Of a DNA stretch of 60,000 bases, positions 1 through 13,201 are shown in pieces. The stretch covers positions 10,046,001-10,106,000 of the forward strand of contig CM119371.1 of the NCBI GenBank assembly GCA_051294905.1, written 5' to 3'. A program made the translations under genes and the position numbers. The stretch is from Botryllus schlosseri. Its lineage: Eukaryota. The number at the start of each line of letters is the position of its first letter. Positions within the stretch are counted from its first letter, which is position 1. The notes below the pieces were generated by a model. That model searched no databases and was not told the DNA's origin. It was given only the letters and a program-made list of their open reading frames with translations.

Positions 1-1569
1 ATAATGTACCCATTGCCCAACTTTATAAGGGACGATTTATCGCGCCCAACGATTTGAATTCTTGCCAGGTCCGTAAATGCCGCACCCCAAACTCCCAATA
101 TAGGGTGGGGAGCGAGCTCGAAGGGGACTCAAAAGTATTTCGTAAACCAACATTAAGTATTTTCGATAGATTTTATTAACTTGAAAATTTTATTCGAGCT
201 TGGCGATTTAAATGTCTCTAGATAGCTTGATTCTGAAATGCATACCCCCTTTAAGAAAAAAAGCATGCATAATTTGTAGCAATAGGCATTTCGGTGCTGG
301 TCGTTACCTCGCCACGACACACCAAAAGATATGCAGTTTCGGCCAACATTCGACTCCACGAAGTGTGATAATAAAGAAAGACCTTGGCTGAAAATTAGGG
401 TATGTGTGCATTGTCAATAGCAGCGCTGGGTGGGCCTGGCTAATTATCCTGTCCTTCCAATCCGAGCCCACAATCCAAAATCCACATGGGGCACACACAT
501 AGAAATAAAGACATCACAATTTGTGTGTGCGTCTCACGAAAGTTTTTCTTTTGGCCTGCTACGTTTGGGCGAACACAATATCTTTTGATTTTTAACGGAC
601 TGAAAATCACGAATTAACAACATACAATAAAGTAATTATAACAACATACCAGATGTTATAATTATGAATTAAGTGCCCCCAGCTCTACAGGTAAATCTGA
701 CCATCGGGCGATGTGAAAGAATTTGTAACGAATAGTAATATAATGCGATTACGAATATTATAATTGACGAAATTGAGTCTTCAACTTGAAAATTGACCAC
801 CCTATATGGGGGATCAAGACCAACGCTTGGATTGGGGAACGAATTGCTGTTTTGGTACTGATTCTGATTCCAGCTGCAACCCACGCTAACATTGTATATA
901 AGCGGATGGCTGCGGCGGCAGGTCCGAATGTTGAGTAAAGAATGATGAAATAACGATTGGCACCCGTTTCAAGTAGAGTCATATGAGAATAGGAAAAAAA
1001 TTCTGCCTTCAACTCAATACAGATACTGTAAGCTGTCGCTACGAGAAACGGCAAAGAACGGCTCGGTTATGATATATATAAGCAGTTGTTGATTTTGAAT
1101 TCTTCGTTGTGGAAACCGTAATGTTTTATTTGACGAGTACAAAATTTCAAATCTTTGCCCGGTGTACGTACGTACAAGGCCTACTGCTCGCCAAACAGCA
1201 ACGGTCAAACTGGGTTTAACTAAGCATAACTAAACATCGATACATAAGTTGGAAAGTAGCCAGTGTGGTGATTATTATTCTGCTGCCAGGTAGTGGCGTA
1301 TGGAGCGTATTAATAACCTGATATACAGCACGGCGGGTGTTCTTACAATCACACTAAAATGTACTGTACATTGAATATCTATTTACTATGTGTGGACACT
1401 TCTTACAAAATGAGAAGCAAAGCTGAATACTTCTGACGTAATAATGACAGTGGTGGTTGAAAATTTGACGTTTGTGCTATCACTAACCTGGTAAAATACA
1501 TCTTCCTTGTTCACGAATATTTAGTTTATGTCATAGTCCTTGAACAAATAAAAAGTAATTGTTCTTTCA

Positions 1570-1715
1570 CAAAGAAATCGATTAGATATGGGAAGTAGTC
1601 GATTACGATTACTTTGGATTTTTTTTCGAATGTAATCGATTGCGATTACGATTACTTGAAAATGCTGTAATCGTCGTAATCGATTACGATTACTAATCGC
1701 GATTACCCCATGTGT
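1570..1715. mobile_element. Terminal part of a MITE with (GTAATC)GATTAC subterminal repeats
   Basis: Clustered gtaatcgattacgattac repeats ending in gattaccccatgtgtg, exactly where homology to the LINE copy at ~51764 begins; other end not found. Confidence 0.5.
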
Positions 1716-1770
1716 GGTGTGAACTAATTCTCGCAATATTGGAAGAGAGGAGGCCGAGACATACGAGCAT

Positions 1771-4700
1771 TAGGGTTGTTCAGAATTGACCGACTTTCAA
1801 AAAGTCCAGGTTTTCAGTCCGATTCCCATGCCTTATACCTTAAAAACATATGCTGGCTACTTTTTTTGTAACTCGTCCCCTGCATCCGTGTGCACATTGA
1901 GCTGGAAGAATAGCAGCTGAAAATAGGGGATTCCCCTAAAATCTGAGTGTCACGATTTTACCTAGCCTAGTTAAAGTGACATATAACATGGATTTATGCA
2001 GCTGTTGTGGTTTGGAGTGCTACAAAACCCAACTATATAAGGCATTCCTAGTTCAGGATATCATTTCCATGTCCCACACTGCCTTAGAACTGCTCAAAAC
2101 TACCTAAAACTGATAGTCATTTTGTTCGATCACATATCCTACACCCCTCAAACCTACCCGGCACTGTTCATCAATTTCCTGGATCCCCATGTGCAAGAAT
2201 ACAACTGTAAATGTAACATCCACTCACAGCCACATAATAAACATCACAGGAAACGAAAATATAAGGCAAAGAAAGAGATCAACCTGGCAAAATATTACAT
2301 AAATCAGGTGGATGAAATGGTTGCTTTCGAGAAATCTGCATATCTGTTCCGGTGATCTTCCACAGCCTGTAGGAGGCTCGCTCGCTGTTTTTTGTCATCC
2401 GTTATGAACGCAGCATAGTCGGTATTCAATTTTACCATACGCTCTGCTGCATCATTAACTACTTCAACAGTATTCACAAATTCTTGAACAGTCACGAAAT
2501 CCGGATCAGTATGCCATTCCGAAACTGGAAGACTCAACCAATCATGTTCCACATGTATAGCATCAAATAGAAACCACGATTCTGGCCCAATCAAATCGAC
2601 CATACTCAATGACTCAGAGACAGAGTCAGAGACCAGACTGAGAGGCATACCTCTGCGAAATTTTTCAGGGATTGGCATTTTCAGCAATTTAGCAGCCATC
2701 GCTTCCTTCAGTTTGTCAGGAATCTTTGGATTGGCCGAAAACATGGTAAATACCACCATTTCCTCGGTTAGATACCAATGATGTTTTCGCAATTTCTTGT
2801 ATGCCACATCAGCAACAGTGAGATCGCATATTGAAAAGTTTTTTATGTCATGAAGGAATTTGAGATCATTCCAAGGTGCGTCACATGCAATACCAGTTTT
2901 CAACCAAGCTGGAACATAAAACAAAGCAATGAATGTATTGATTCGTTCCAACTTTTCAATGAACTCTTCAGAATAGTCCATTTGCTCACTCCACATAAAC
3001 ATTTTTTGACAGTACAGGACTTGACTCATCCATCTAGCTCTATGAGTAGCATTTTTGTCATCCAAAATCGCTAAGGTGCCTGTTGCACATTCTCTGTAGT
3101 CATCTCTTATCAAGACTTCTTTCTGCTTTCCATCATTGGGTTTCATCAGTGGAATTATTTCTTGCTTTGCTTCATCAGCTTTCATCGCCAACCAGCTGCC
3201 TTCAATAAACTTCAGCGTTTTATAGCTTCTTGATTTATCAATATGTTTCCACTTCTTCTTGAAGGTATTAAAATCCGTGTTTTCAGGTTGTCGATCCAAA
3301 CAAACACTTCCAAACCTCTCGAATGACCAGTTCATAAATATGATGGCGACAGGCATTGTAGAAAACTTTCCTGTTAATCAATTCTTCAAGTAACGGAACC
3401 GCACCTTTGTTTTTACCAGTGTTTGAAGATGTTATGTCAAAGACAAGAGCTCTAACAGATTTTGTTAAATTCCAAAGTTCCAGCAGTTCAATTGATGCAT
3501 CAGCCTGTGCTTTTCCTGTAGCACTTTCCAGAGTTTGACTGCCAAGAAGTTTCCCTTTCTTAAATGCGCCGGAATACGCAGACGATGCGAGCACTGCCAA
3601 GGCCTCAAATTGATATCCTAGACGACTCTTAGTGAGCTGTCCATCCCAGTGCAATGCAATGTGCTCTGGTGGATTGGTAGATATTTTTTCAAAGATAGAT
3701 TCGGAAATTTTCAAACGATTTGCAATGCGTCGTCGATAGGTCCCAGATCTTGAAAGATGGAAGTCATTAGGGTTGCCATCGCAAGCTTTAATCAGTGCTG
3801 CAGTTATCATGGTAGCGGCATTATCACTGACTTTCAAGCGATCAAAAACCTGGCATAGGTCTTCGTTGCTGAATAGGTTTACAGGAGCTTTTAGAGTCAC
3901 AAATTTAGCGGAATGACCAGATGTCGACTGTGCAAGTTCAGAATCAGTGCTGTGAGAAGTGTCAGCTACCTGTGAAGATATAGATGAGCTCTCTGTAAAT
4001 TCACCTTCGCTACTTGATGCTGGTGCAGACTCTCTTGCACTCATGGTCCGTCTCTTTTGTTGCATGATTTTCGCTTTCAACACTTTATCTTTGCCACCGA
4101 TCCTTGCTAATCTCGGACCCCTTTGATCCTGATAAAATGCTATGTCTTCACGTTTTTTATCGTCAGAAAGAAGTCTACTTGCTGCAATTGTCTCTATCGC
4201 GTCAGGGGCTCCTATATCCCATAGCTTACTCAGTTTGGCTTCAAAGTCGCTTTGTTTTTTTTTGATATATTAGCTTCAAAGTCGCTTTGTTTTTTGATAC
4301 ATATTGCCGACCTGCAGTTTTCTTTAGTGAGAGACATTGTTTCCACACTGTTTCCAATCTTTTAGTGGCATTGACTTTCGTGATAGTCTTTATGCCAACA
4401 AGTAACCAAAAACCGATCACTTTATCTACTGCGATCTGGATGTGTGACTTGACTGGTTCATTTTTTTTTAAATGAATGCTCTCTCAGGTGTAGCACATAT
4501 TGCATACCTTGCCTCAGAGTGGGCAACTTCGATCCCGTAATGGCTTCCTCAGATGGTCCAACTAAGAAATGCTGTGTCTGCGATCGTGTTCTTCTAGTTT
4601 TCTTCGGTACTGCTGCACTAGATGACGATTTTCTTTTTTTTCAGACATTTCGCACTACAGCTAATCCTAGAAAAACAGATATACATAAACTCAGTCAAGG

Positions 4701-5412
4701 AACAAAGAATAGTGGAAAACATTTCAGTTCTTTTAGAGTTTTAGGTCGAACACATACTGCATAACTTGCACAGGAGTAGCCAGATTAGATCCAGTTATAG
4801 ATTATCGAAGATAGCTACTCCTAAATTGGAAAAACTCATACCACACCAGTATATTGATATCTTGGGATATAACAAAAAATTTACAGCAACCGACTGGCGG
4901 TTTTCCCCAGTCACTGGAATAGACATTTGCAAGCTTTGTTCCTATCCCAGTAGAAAGGAAAAGAGTATAAGATCTATTATATCAAATAGTTGTATACTGC
5001 TATAATACTATGTTCACTAATCACGCGCTAAACTCGCTAATAGCATGAGTCAAAACGCCGCCTGATAAGTCCTGCACCTCAATCGTAAACACAGTCCATC
5101 AACAACAAAGCAGCAAGGCACCTGACTAATCAATAATCCCCGTTTCACAAAAGTGCTCAGCGCTTCATCAGCGCTAGAACATACGCGTCACGTCAATGAG
5201 AACACACGCCATTCCTGTCGAGTCATTGACAACGGGGGAATCCCCTAATTCCGAAGAAATTTTTAGGTGCATGAGAAAACGGCAATGTGCACACGGATGC
5301 AGGGGATGAATTACAAAAAAAAGTTGCCAGAATTTGTTTTCAAGGTATAAGGCATGGGAAACGGACTGAAAACCAAGACTTTTTGAAAGTCGGTCAATTC
5401 TGAACAACCCTA
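1771..5412 (-). mobile_element. hAT superfamily (hATm-type) DNA transposon, near full length
   Basis: Imperfect TIRs of >=130 bp starting TAGGGTTGTTCAGAATTGACCGACTTTCAAAAAGTC; perfect 8-bp TSD ACGAGCAT (1763-1770, 5413-5420); empty site in the paralogous LINE at ~51811 (acaagcatgtgtcatccgcg). Confidence 0.93.
2304..4648 (-). pseudogene. hATm-like DDE transposase, frameshifted (ORFs 3283-4083 and 2304-3356 plus N-terminal part)
   Basis: Motifs LHWDGQL, LVFDITSSNTG, ACRHHIYEL, HRARWM, NDAAERMVKL; frameshift near 3290-3300; short tandem duplication (gcttcaaagtcgctttgttttt) at ~4238-4300; probable ATG at 4648. Confidence 0.85.
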
Positions 5413-6985
5413 ACGAGCATGTGTCATCCGCGAATAGTGTAGTGTGAAATGGAGAGCATGCGATCAAGTCGTTCATGTATATATTGAACAGTAAGGGACC
5501 AAGGACCGATCCTTGTGGAATGCCACAGGTAACTAACGATGAAGCAGACTTGGCAGAAGATAAATCATCAACATATTGCATGCGGTTTGATGGATAAGAT
5601 TGTATTATATTATGCTGAGTGTCTCTCACACCATATCGATATAATTTATCACGTCAAAGACTGTGGTTTACTGTGTCAAAAGCTTTTTGAAGGTCCAGAA
5701 AAATACTACAGCTAATTTCATTTTTAGAGTGAGTTAGGGATGATTCCATTTTCTACACACTGATTGAAGAAGTGGCAGATGTATGGTGTAATAGCTAGTG
5801 TTATTACTTTGAGCAGCTCAACTGATAACTTATCGTAACCCTCTGCCTTCCCACCCATCATATTTCTAATTATATCATGAATTTCTGGTTCATTGGCATG
5901 CAACATGAACATGCTGTTAGCATTGCTCTGCAATGGAGGCAAGATGCATCTGTTGTTGGAATTTTTACACATTAAATCAAGATATGGGCCAATTGATGTA
6001 AAACATTTGCTGAAAATGGATGCTATTGATCAGATATCACCAGCCCGTTTTCATCGATAATTTGGGATGATCTGGTTGATTTATGTGAGCAAGGATTGAT
6101 AAGATTCTTTATCCCACGCCACATCTGTTTTTGATTTGCGCTATGTTGATTGAAGTATTTGTGAAAGTATGATTTTTTTTTATCTGGTTTAATCTATTTG
6201 CATATGTTTTATACTTGGTTCGGTCCAATTCATTACCATTTGTAATCCATATATGATGAAGTTTATTTCTTTTCCTAATGGAGCGCAGAATACCTGGAGT
6301 GATCCAGGGTTTGAGATGCAACTTGCGTTGTCAACGTGTAAGGCGTTGGATAGTAATGTGTTTATTGACTAGGTCAGTGATCTGAGATAGAAAGCTCTCA
6401 AACTGAGCATCAGGATTTTCTTTGGTGAGTGGCTGTAGAGCATTACCGGGAATATAGTCGAATGATTCAACTAATAACGAAGTCTTGGACTCCGTTGTGG
6501 GTAGTCTTTTATAAACATAACTACTTTACATGGTGGAGATTTAGTAACAACATTGGCCAAAATTGGATAATGGTCTGTAAGATCGTTCCGTATAACCAAA
6601 GAATGAATAGGGCACGCGGTTAAGTTGTTGTATATGTAACCAAGTAGTGTTGCAGAGTGATGAGTTACTCTAGTCTGTAAAGTTATAAGAGCTGTAGGCC
6701 TACCGTGGGAGTTCAAAATATTCAAATGGTCAAGAATTTCCGTCGTAGTAGATAGTGAGTTGATATTCAAGTCTCCGAGAATGAAAAAAGTTTTCATCTG
6801 AGAATTTAGTAATGACAATGTGCGGCTCATTTCCGTAGAGAAATCTGAGAAGCAGTGACTTGGATGTCTATAGATAACACCAACTATGAAAGAGGGAGAA
6901 TTGCCGATAGGATGAGCGTAATATATGCCTACTTTAATAGCTGTTGGAGTGAATAAGACATCTGTGGCCCATCGAATTGGCAAAA
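5413..6985 (-). mobile_element. Decayed non-LTR retrotransposon (CR1/L2-like APE endonuclease + RT); continues at 1716-1770 on the other side of the hATm insertion
   Basis: IVGVIYRHP and ILGDLNIN, LTDHYPI (APE); KPWITPGI; GIPQGSVLGPLLF and LFADDT (RT); many stops; ~235-bp deletion at ~5728 relative to the 52126-52360 copy. Confidence 0.88.
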
Positions 6986-8640
6986 AGTTCTTTAAACTCT
7001 GACGGCATGACGGACGTAGAAACTCTTAGTAATGAATGCACATGAACGTTATAACCGAATATATTGTTAACGCCATTTTAATATATGATCAATAGGGAGT
7101 CTTGTGAAACATTACCTAATTCCCTGAAGTGAAAACCCGATGAGATATTTTTGATACTTAGTCATCGTGTAAACTAGAGATAAGGGAAATAAATCGTACG
7201 ATGTTTTGTGCATATAATCTATCGTGGCTATGATATATGTATGCGTGTAATACACCGTGGCGTATACTTTATTCAATTTTCATGATTTGGAAGTATCGTG
7301 ACGTCGCCATACGTTGATTCAATAAATTTACAAGTCATGGAGACAGAAACAAAATATTCGTCCGTGTGATCTTCGAATACACTTGTGCTGGACACTGGAC
7401 AGGCTTCTTGGTACGTCAGCCAGAGCCAACCACTGGTGTGGAAGCCGGTCCGTCGAAGGGAAGATATGCGCAACGAATGCTACAAGTATCCTTCTGGAGT
7501 CAGCTTACACAAGTATAACATCAACAAACATTCGCTCTGCGTTAAAAACGTGAACGTCGGTTAAATTTGAACACAGCTTTTTTACGTATTGTTGATGTTC
7601 GAAAATGTTTGCTCTCAAATGTATGTAGACGCGCGGACCACATTTTGTAAGACCGGAAACTATCTGTGGGCAGTTCAAAATCCCGTCGCGGGCGGGATGC
7701 CGCCGCACCTGGTCCAATATAATAGATTATCCGATAAAAGCTCAAATTATCTACCTTCAAGTGATTTAGTGGAATACATCGGACAAACCTAATCCCGAAG
7801 TTCGACAAGAAGGTATGTAATGGCAATAACAAAGTCGCTCTCAATACCTTATCTAATGTCATATTTCCTTGTACCCACTATTGCATGACTTGAATTCTTG
7901 GATTTTACAATACGTTGATTAACCGAAGAAAAGTAGACATGGCGACGCCTGTAGGATTAGCTAATCTAAATTGTCCAATGCTTAATCGCAGTTCTTCATT
8001 ACGTTGCATGGTCTAAAGTCGGACTGATGGTTGATTTGTGCGGCCGTTATATCCACACACACCGACTCACGCAGGTCGAAGTTTTTTGCTTGTGAGGAAA
8101 TATTATGCTAACATGCGTTTGAACAAATTCACGGAGTGTAATCATGGGATTATCATGAATAATCATTTAAGTATTTCCGGTCCAAGTGTCTCATCGGTAC
8201 CACATCTCCGCTACCCTAAAATCGTTCATACAATTCCATGATGAATTTTTTTGCTGGCCAGTGTAATAAAATCGCGACATATTCATAACACCTGGGGATG
8301 CGCCCGCATCACTCGCAACGCACTCTCATACACCACTGCACTGAGATGGCAAAAAACGCACCACTAGGCCTTTCACCAAGTTTTCTGTGTAACCTATCTG
8401 AACACAACAACAGGAAACCACCACGATATGAAATTTCGCTGAGTAAATCATACAGTAGAATGAATGCCAATTCTAGGAAATCATGAAACAAATTTGGTTG
8501 ATCACGCAATGAATTTGTATGTCATTCTATGAATTGTGCTGACATCAAGTCGAATGATATCGGCCAGGCATTACTATACAGGTGAACAAGTGCAAGGTTA
8601 CATCTGACTACGTTACATGAATTTTGTCTTCTAGTCAGCA
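6986..8640 (-). pseudogene. Degenerate Buster/Charlie (GTF2IRD2-like) hAT transposase relic, unit 1
   Basis: Homologous to 17940-19200, whose translation gives KLRSNLTDVHAHQLQRVSTSVMQPESKELVD (hAT C-terminal dimerisation-like); ~500-bp extra segment at 7049-7548. Confidence 0.55.
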
Positions 8641-8880
8641 ATAGTTAGAAAGTTAAGATTGTGCTTTTCGATTCACGAATAATAATAATTATTTATTCAG
8701 GTATAAATGTTTTCATGGTCGTTCTTATACTCATGAGTTCTCGATTTTGAACTTTGCAGCATTTCTATCGTATTGTAGATACACATCAGGTCAGAAGTCT
8801 ATTTAGTAAGTAGCGAATGTTTCAACACCGGTGGGGTTGGTACACGTGCATAGAACCAGAGTCAAACCAATGGTACATAT

Positions 8881-9919
8881 TAGGGATGGTGTGAACCCCT
8901 AAAGGTTCTGGTTTGTGTGAACGCCAACCTTTTTGTAAGATTCCATATGAACGCTAACGTGAACACGAGCCTATGACATAGTGATAATTCCAATCCTACA
9001 TTTCCTTTAAGTAATATATTAATGTTACAAAGTAGGCCACATAGGCAAAGTAGGCGACAACGCAGGTCACATTATGCCACATCGCTGAAGTAGGCCTACA
9101 TGCTGATTGCTGACTTTTTAAGCATCATCAAATGTGTACCAACTGGAACGATAAAATGCTATAATAATTCCATAAAATCAAACTCTTCCGTCGCCTTGCC
9201 AACAATTTCAATGAGGACTTGCAAGGTAATATAAGCTTACGGCTTAACGGTCCAGCTAGACTACACCGGCCAACGCTTTCTTAGGGTGGCCTTATAATAT
9301 TGCTAATGATTGCTATTGCTACTGCTATTTATTAGAGTGAAAACCGGTTTCTTTGTAGGCCTGCTCGCTACAGATATCCCCTCATAATCAGGATACGCAT
9401 TAGCCAGCACCCCAATCGGACGGATTTGGATTTTATGATATAACATTCATATCAAGATGGATCCCATGCGTCAGTAGAGTTTTTACATTAGAAATCGATC
9501 CATACTTATATCAATTTCATTGACGTGAAAATGATTGGTTGAATACGCACAATTAGCTGACAAACTACATGCAGTCTATTTCATTCTTGATATTGCGTGA
9601 TTGCGCGCGACGAAAAAAGCTGAATATTTGGAGCAAACCTTTTTCAACAAAGCTATTCACTTTTTTTGAAATTGGCAAGGTGCATGTTCGTTAGTGCTGT
9701 GAATTTCTTTTCATGCTACCAGCGCAATCTAGAGATTGGTCCGAAATTGAAATGCAAAGAATTTTAACCAAAGATGTTATAATGACGTGAAAAATTGTAA
9801 TGCATAGAAAAGGTTCACAGTGCAGAACATACCAAGGTTTGTTTGTGAACGCGTACCTCCAAATTTCTCAGGTTCACACACAGAACGCTAACATGAACGT
9901 AACAGTCACACCATCCCTA
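8881..9919. mobile_element. ~1-kb hAT-type MITE (TAGGGATGGTGTGA TIR), copy upstream of MTase 1
   Basis: TIR tagggatggtgtga / tcacaccatcccta; gtgaac subterminal repeats; same flanking position as copies at 21362 and 57521. Confidence 0.85.
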
Positions 9920-10113
9920 GTCGGCTATAAAGATGACTTTCCACATCGCCGATACTGTTATGACGTAACCGTGAGTAATCTTCGAATCCTCTAATGTACT
10001 CAAAGCCAATTCAAATCACTCAAGCTCTCGGTTTTTCCCAGCGCCAACTATTACCATAGTCGTAGTAATATCTAAACTCAAAGTAAAGTTTATCATCATC
10101 CCATCATAGCTAT

Positions 10114-10972
10114 ATGTCCGCTCCATCGAAGGTTATACCCGAAGATGCCTTCAACATGGAGAATACGGCGCAAAATTTCATTCAAAGTAGACCGCGTGCT
10201 TTGGTAGATATTCCGGTTCGTCTCATCATTGAGCGGCTCAAGCTATTAGGGAAAGTAGATCAACGGTCTGGATGCTTACTTGATGTGGGGTGTGGCAGTG
10301 GCGAATCAACCAGATTGTTGGCGAAGAACTTTCACCATACGATCGGAGTAGACCCGAGTGCACCTATGATATCGTACGCCATCGCATTCGATAATGACAT
10401 TTCAGACGTTGAGTTTAAAGTTGCAAATGCGGAAAAACTGCCTATTGAAGATAGTTCTGTCGACGTGATTACAGCCATGTTTGTTGTACACTACGCCGAC
10501 CTCGAGAAGTTCATTCCCGAATGCAAACGAGTGCTGAAACCAAGCGGCGTCGCAATATTTTACCGGCATCAGATATCAAAAATACTGCCGGCTGAAAATG
10601 ACGCTCTACCCGTAATAGACGGGCCGAATAAAAGTGATGATTCGAAAGCTATTGGAAAAAGCGAGAGAAATGTCGCACCCGAGCTTCCACCAATATGAGC
10701 TATATCAAACGCAATTTGACGCAATCAGCTGGGAAGAGAAAAGTAGAGAGATAAATGAGCTGGAATTTGCGCCTGATTCCGTATGGACTCTTGGCTCATG
10801 GTCTCGTTTCTATCATAATCTTCCGTTTTATCAAAAAGCGGGTAAAAACGGCGTGAATCCACTTACTGAACTCGTGCAAGCTGTGAAAAATACCTGGTCG
10901 ATGCAGGATAGGGATTCCGACGACATCAAAATTAGAGTGGTGTACACGACGGTGATGATTCTTTTGAAATAG
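10114..10972 (+). pseudogene. Class I SAM-dependent methyltransferase (Methyltransf_11-like), +1 frameshift at ~10627
   Basis: LLDVGCGSG motif I, GVD, AEKLP..DSSVDVI, RVLKP; gggccgaataaaagtg here vs gggccggtaaaagtg in the intact copy at 58744. Confidence 0.85.
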
Positions 10973-11935
10973 CAATATGTTAAAACATTCCATTGTAAAT
11001 TGGTAATCTCTTGCTCATCTCAAAGTGTGAAATTGTGAAAATGTTGATTGAAAAGTTATGTGGAAGTGTATTGCGTGAAATGAGATGAATACCACATCAG
11101 GAAACATCATTTGTCATCAACTCATCGTTCAAACTGGTGGTAAGCAACATGTTGTCCTTCGAACGGGTACGGTTCACAAGGAGTTCGTTACCGGCGAGGT
11201 AAAAGCTCGATTACTTCATTTAAAGATCACGAGAAGCTTCAGAATTATAGTGGTCAAGATCGCCGAAAAATATTTAAATTGTTTTAAAATTAAAAAAGTA
11301 ATTAAACGGGTGTCGTTATTCGAAACATGTATGTTACTTTTGACATTTTGATATGAATCCTTATAAATTGCGATTAAAAATATAGGGCCAATGTATCTCG
11401 TACGCCTCTACTATATGCATTTGCATATTGCATTTGATGATAAAGTACAATTTGCGTGACAATATTGCGAATCGTAACTGTCGAAATTGTCGAATCGACG
11501 AAATTCACAGTAAATTTCAATTCCATATGGTTCGTCTTCGGTCTTGGATTAATATTCTCAATAGTTTTCTTGTCTTCTCAGCAGCCTTATGCATCTAAGA
11601 GTAAAATCAGGAATATTAACATGGATAGCGTATTCTGATTTAATTTGGTTGAGTAAATCGGGTGAAAGTGTGAACATAAACCGCAATCAGTGTGCATACT
11701 GACTTCGTTGATGTTGGCAGTATCGGTCGCCGTAATGCAGGCGTTTGTGCTCGGGAAGAAAACAATATGTCGCTGTGTCACTCCTCATTTGTATTGTCGG
11801 TTTACCGTCACCACTGATTAATAGGGCGTGTTTTTTAGCAAAAAAAACTCAGTGATTTTGCACTCAAAATTATTATTTTGACGTTTTTGACATTAAAAAA
11901 AACAAGATAAATTAAGAAAAATTTGCCCTCATGTA

Positions 11936-13201
11936 TAGAGCCCGACCGATTATCGGCTCGCCGATAATATCGAGTCGATATCACGCTTGGAGAGAAATAT
12001 CGGTATCGGCCATTGAATGTAAAAAGATATCGGCCATATTCGTGACGTCACAACATGGTGGCAGGGAGTCAGAGAAATCGATAGAAGACGTGTGGACGGT
12101 AAATTATAAAAATAAATGGCCAAGCTGCATATAGTGCATACTGCATACAGGGCAGTAGGCGTGCCTATATGAAAAATATTATAGATAACTAACCACCGTT
12201 ATGCCCCACTGACTTCATGGGAATCCCCCTGCAGTAATCGATCACCAAAGACAGAGAGCAGCTGGATGGATAGTTGTATGCAGAAGATTTCAATCAGTAA
12301 GAGAAATGAGAAATCCAATCATGCTGGACTGACCCTCGTAATGATAGAGAAAATCGTCGCGTCGAAACATTTCGCGGTTCGGTACCAACAGAGCTACTTA
12401 TACCAGTAATGTATGAAGTCTGACTGCGGCCTGCGGCTGCGGGGCCACTATGATGGGAAATATGCGAGCATAGAGGGCAAGAAAATCAAGCAAACGTGGA
12501 GTAAAGCCAATAATTGATACGAACATTTTTGATTCCATGATGACATTGGCCAATTCTGACAAAAGAGCGTAAAATAGTGATCGATTGATTGTTGAAATGC
12601 TGGTCATGGTCAAGGCACAAGGGGGATGGGTGGAGCAGTTGCAGACGTGGACAATTTGAGTTGTTTTGCACATTCTCTTCAGCTATTTGTTAATGATGTG
12701 CTGAAGGCTCCAGGTGCATTGCCAGAAGAATATCAATATAAAAATCAATATTTGGTGAAACCATTGAAGGAAAGATCCCCTGCAAGGGAGCGGTGAAATC
12801 GAAATGAAGAAAGATTTCCAATTATTGCTGTGCCACTAACTATTGTACCAAGTGAAAGACTGCTCACTGTGTTTAGTACTATATACATCATCTATGGAAG
12901 ACCACAGAAGTTCCCTCCTTGGAGAAAGGGCCGAGAAAGTGTGCTTCGTGAACTGTAATCTGCAACTGCTGGATTGGTGCTTTTGATATATTTTTATAGT
13001 TCCTTGATCATTTATTTCATGTTCAAGCATATCAATGGCTGTAAAGTTGTTAGAAGAAATGCTCTTAGGAGTTAGATACGGGCCTTGAGCTAGATTCCAT
13101 ATCTTTTGAATATCGGCTGAATATATCGGGGTTATCGGTGGAGGTACTGGATATCGGTCTTATCGGTATCGGCTCAGAAATCCAATATCGGTCGGGCTCT
13201 A
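11936..13201. mobile_element. Non-autonomous hAT element with transposase remnants
   Basis: TIR tagagcccgaccgat / atcggtcgggctcta; TSD CTCATGTA (11928-11935, 13202-13209); atatcgg subterminal repeats; remnant RSSLLGERAEKVCFVNCNL near 12910-12960. Confidence 0.88.

Noticed and set aside
1..1500. Short ORFs and scattered GCCCAAC/GTTGGGCG motifs
   Set aside because: No recognisable protein motif or element boundary; probably a TE fragment
7049..7548. Possible extra TIR element inside the Buster relic (flanks catgaacg/cgtgaacg)
   Set aside because: It is absent from unit 2, but the TIRs are too degenerate to call confidently
10114..10972. DNA methyltransferase or restriction-modification role
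   Set aside because: No DPPY/NPPY or PC catalytic motif; the motifs fit small-molecule class I MTases
11085..11351. 88-aa ORF conserved at 59706-59972
   Set aside because: Conservation reflects the recent duplication; the frame is broken in the older unit at ~23502
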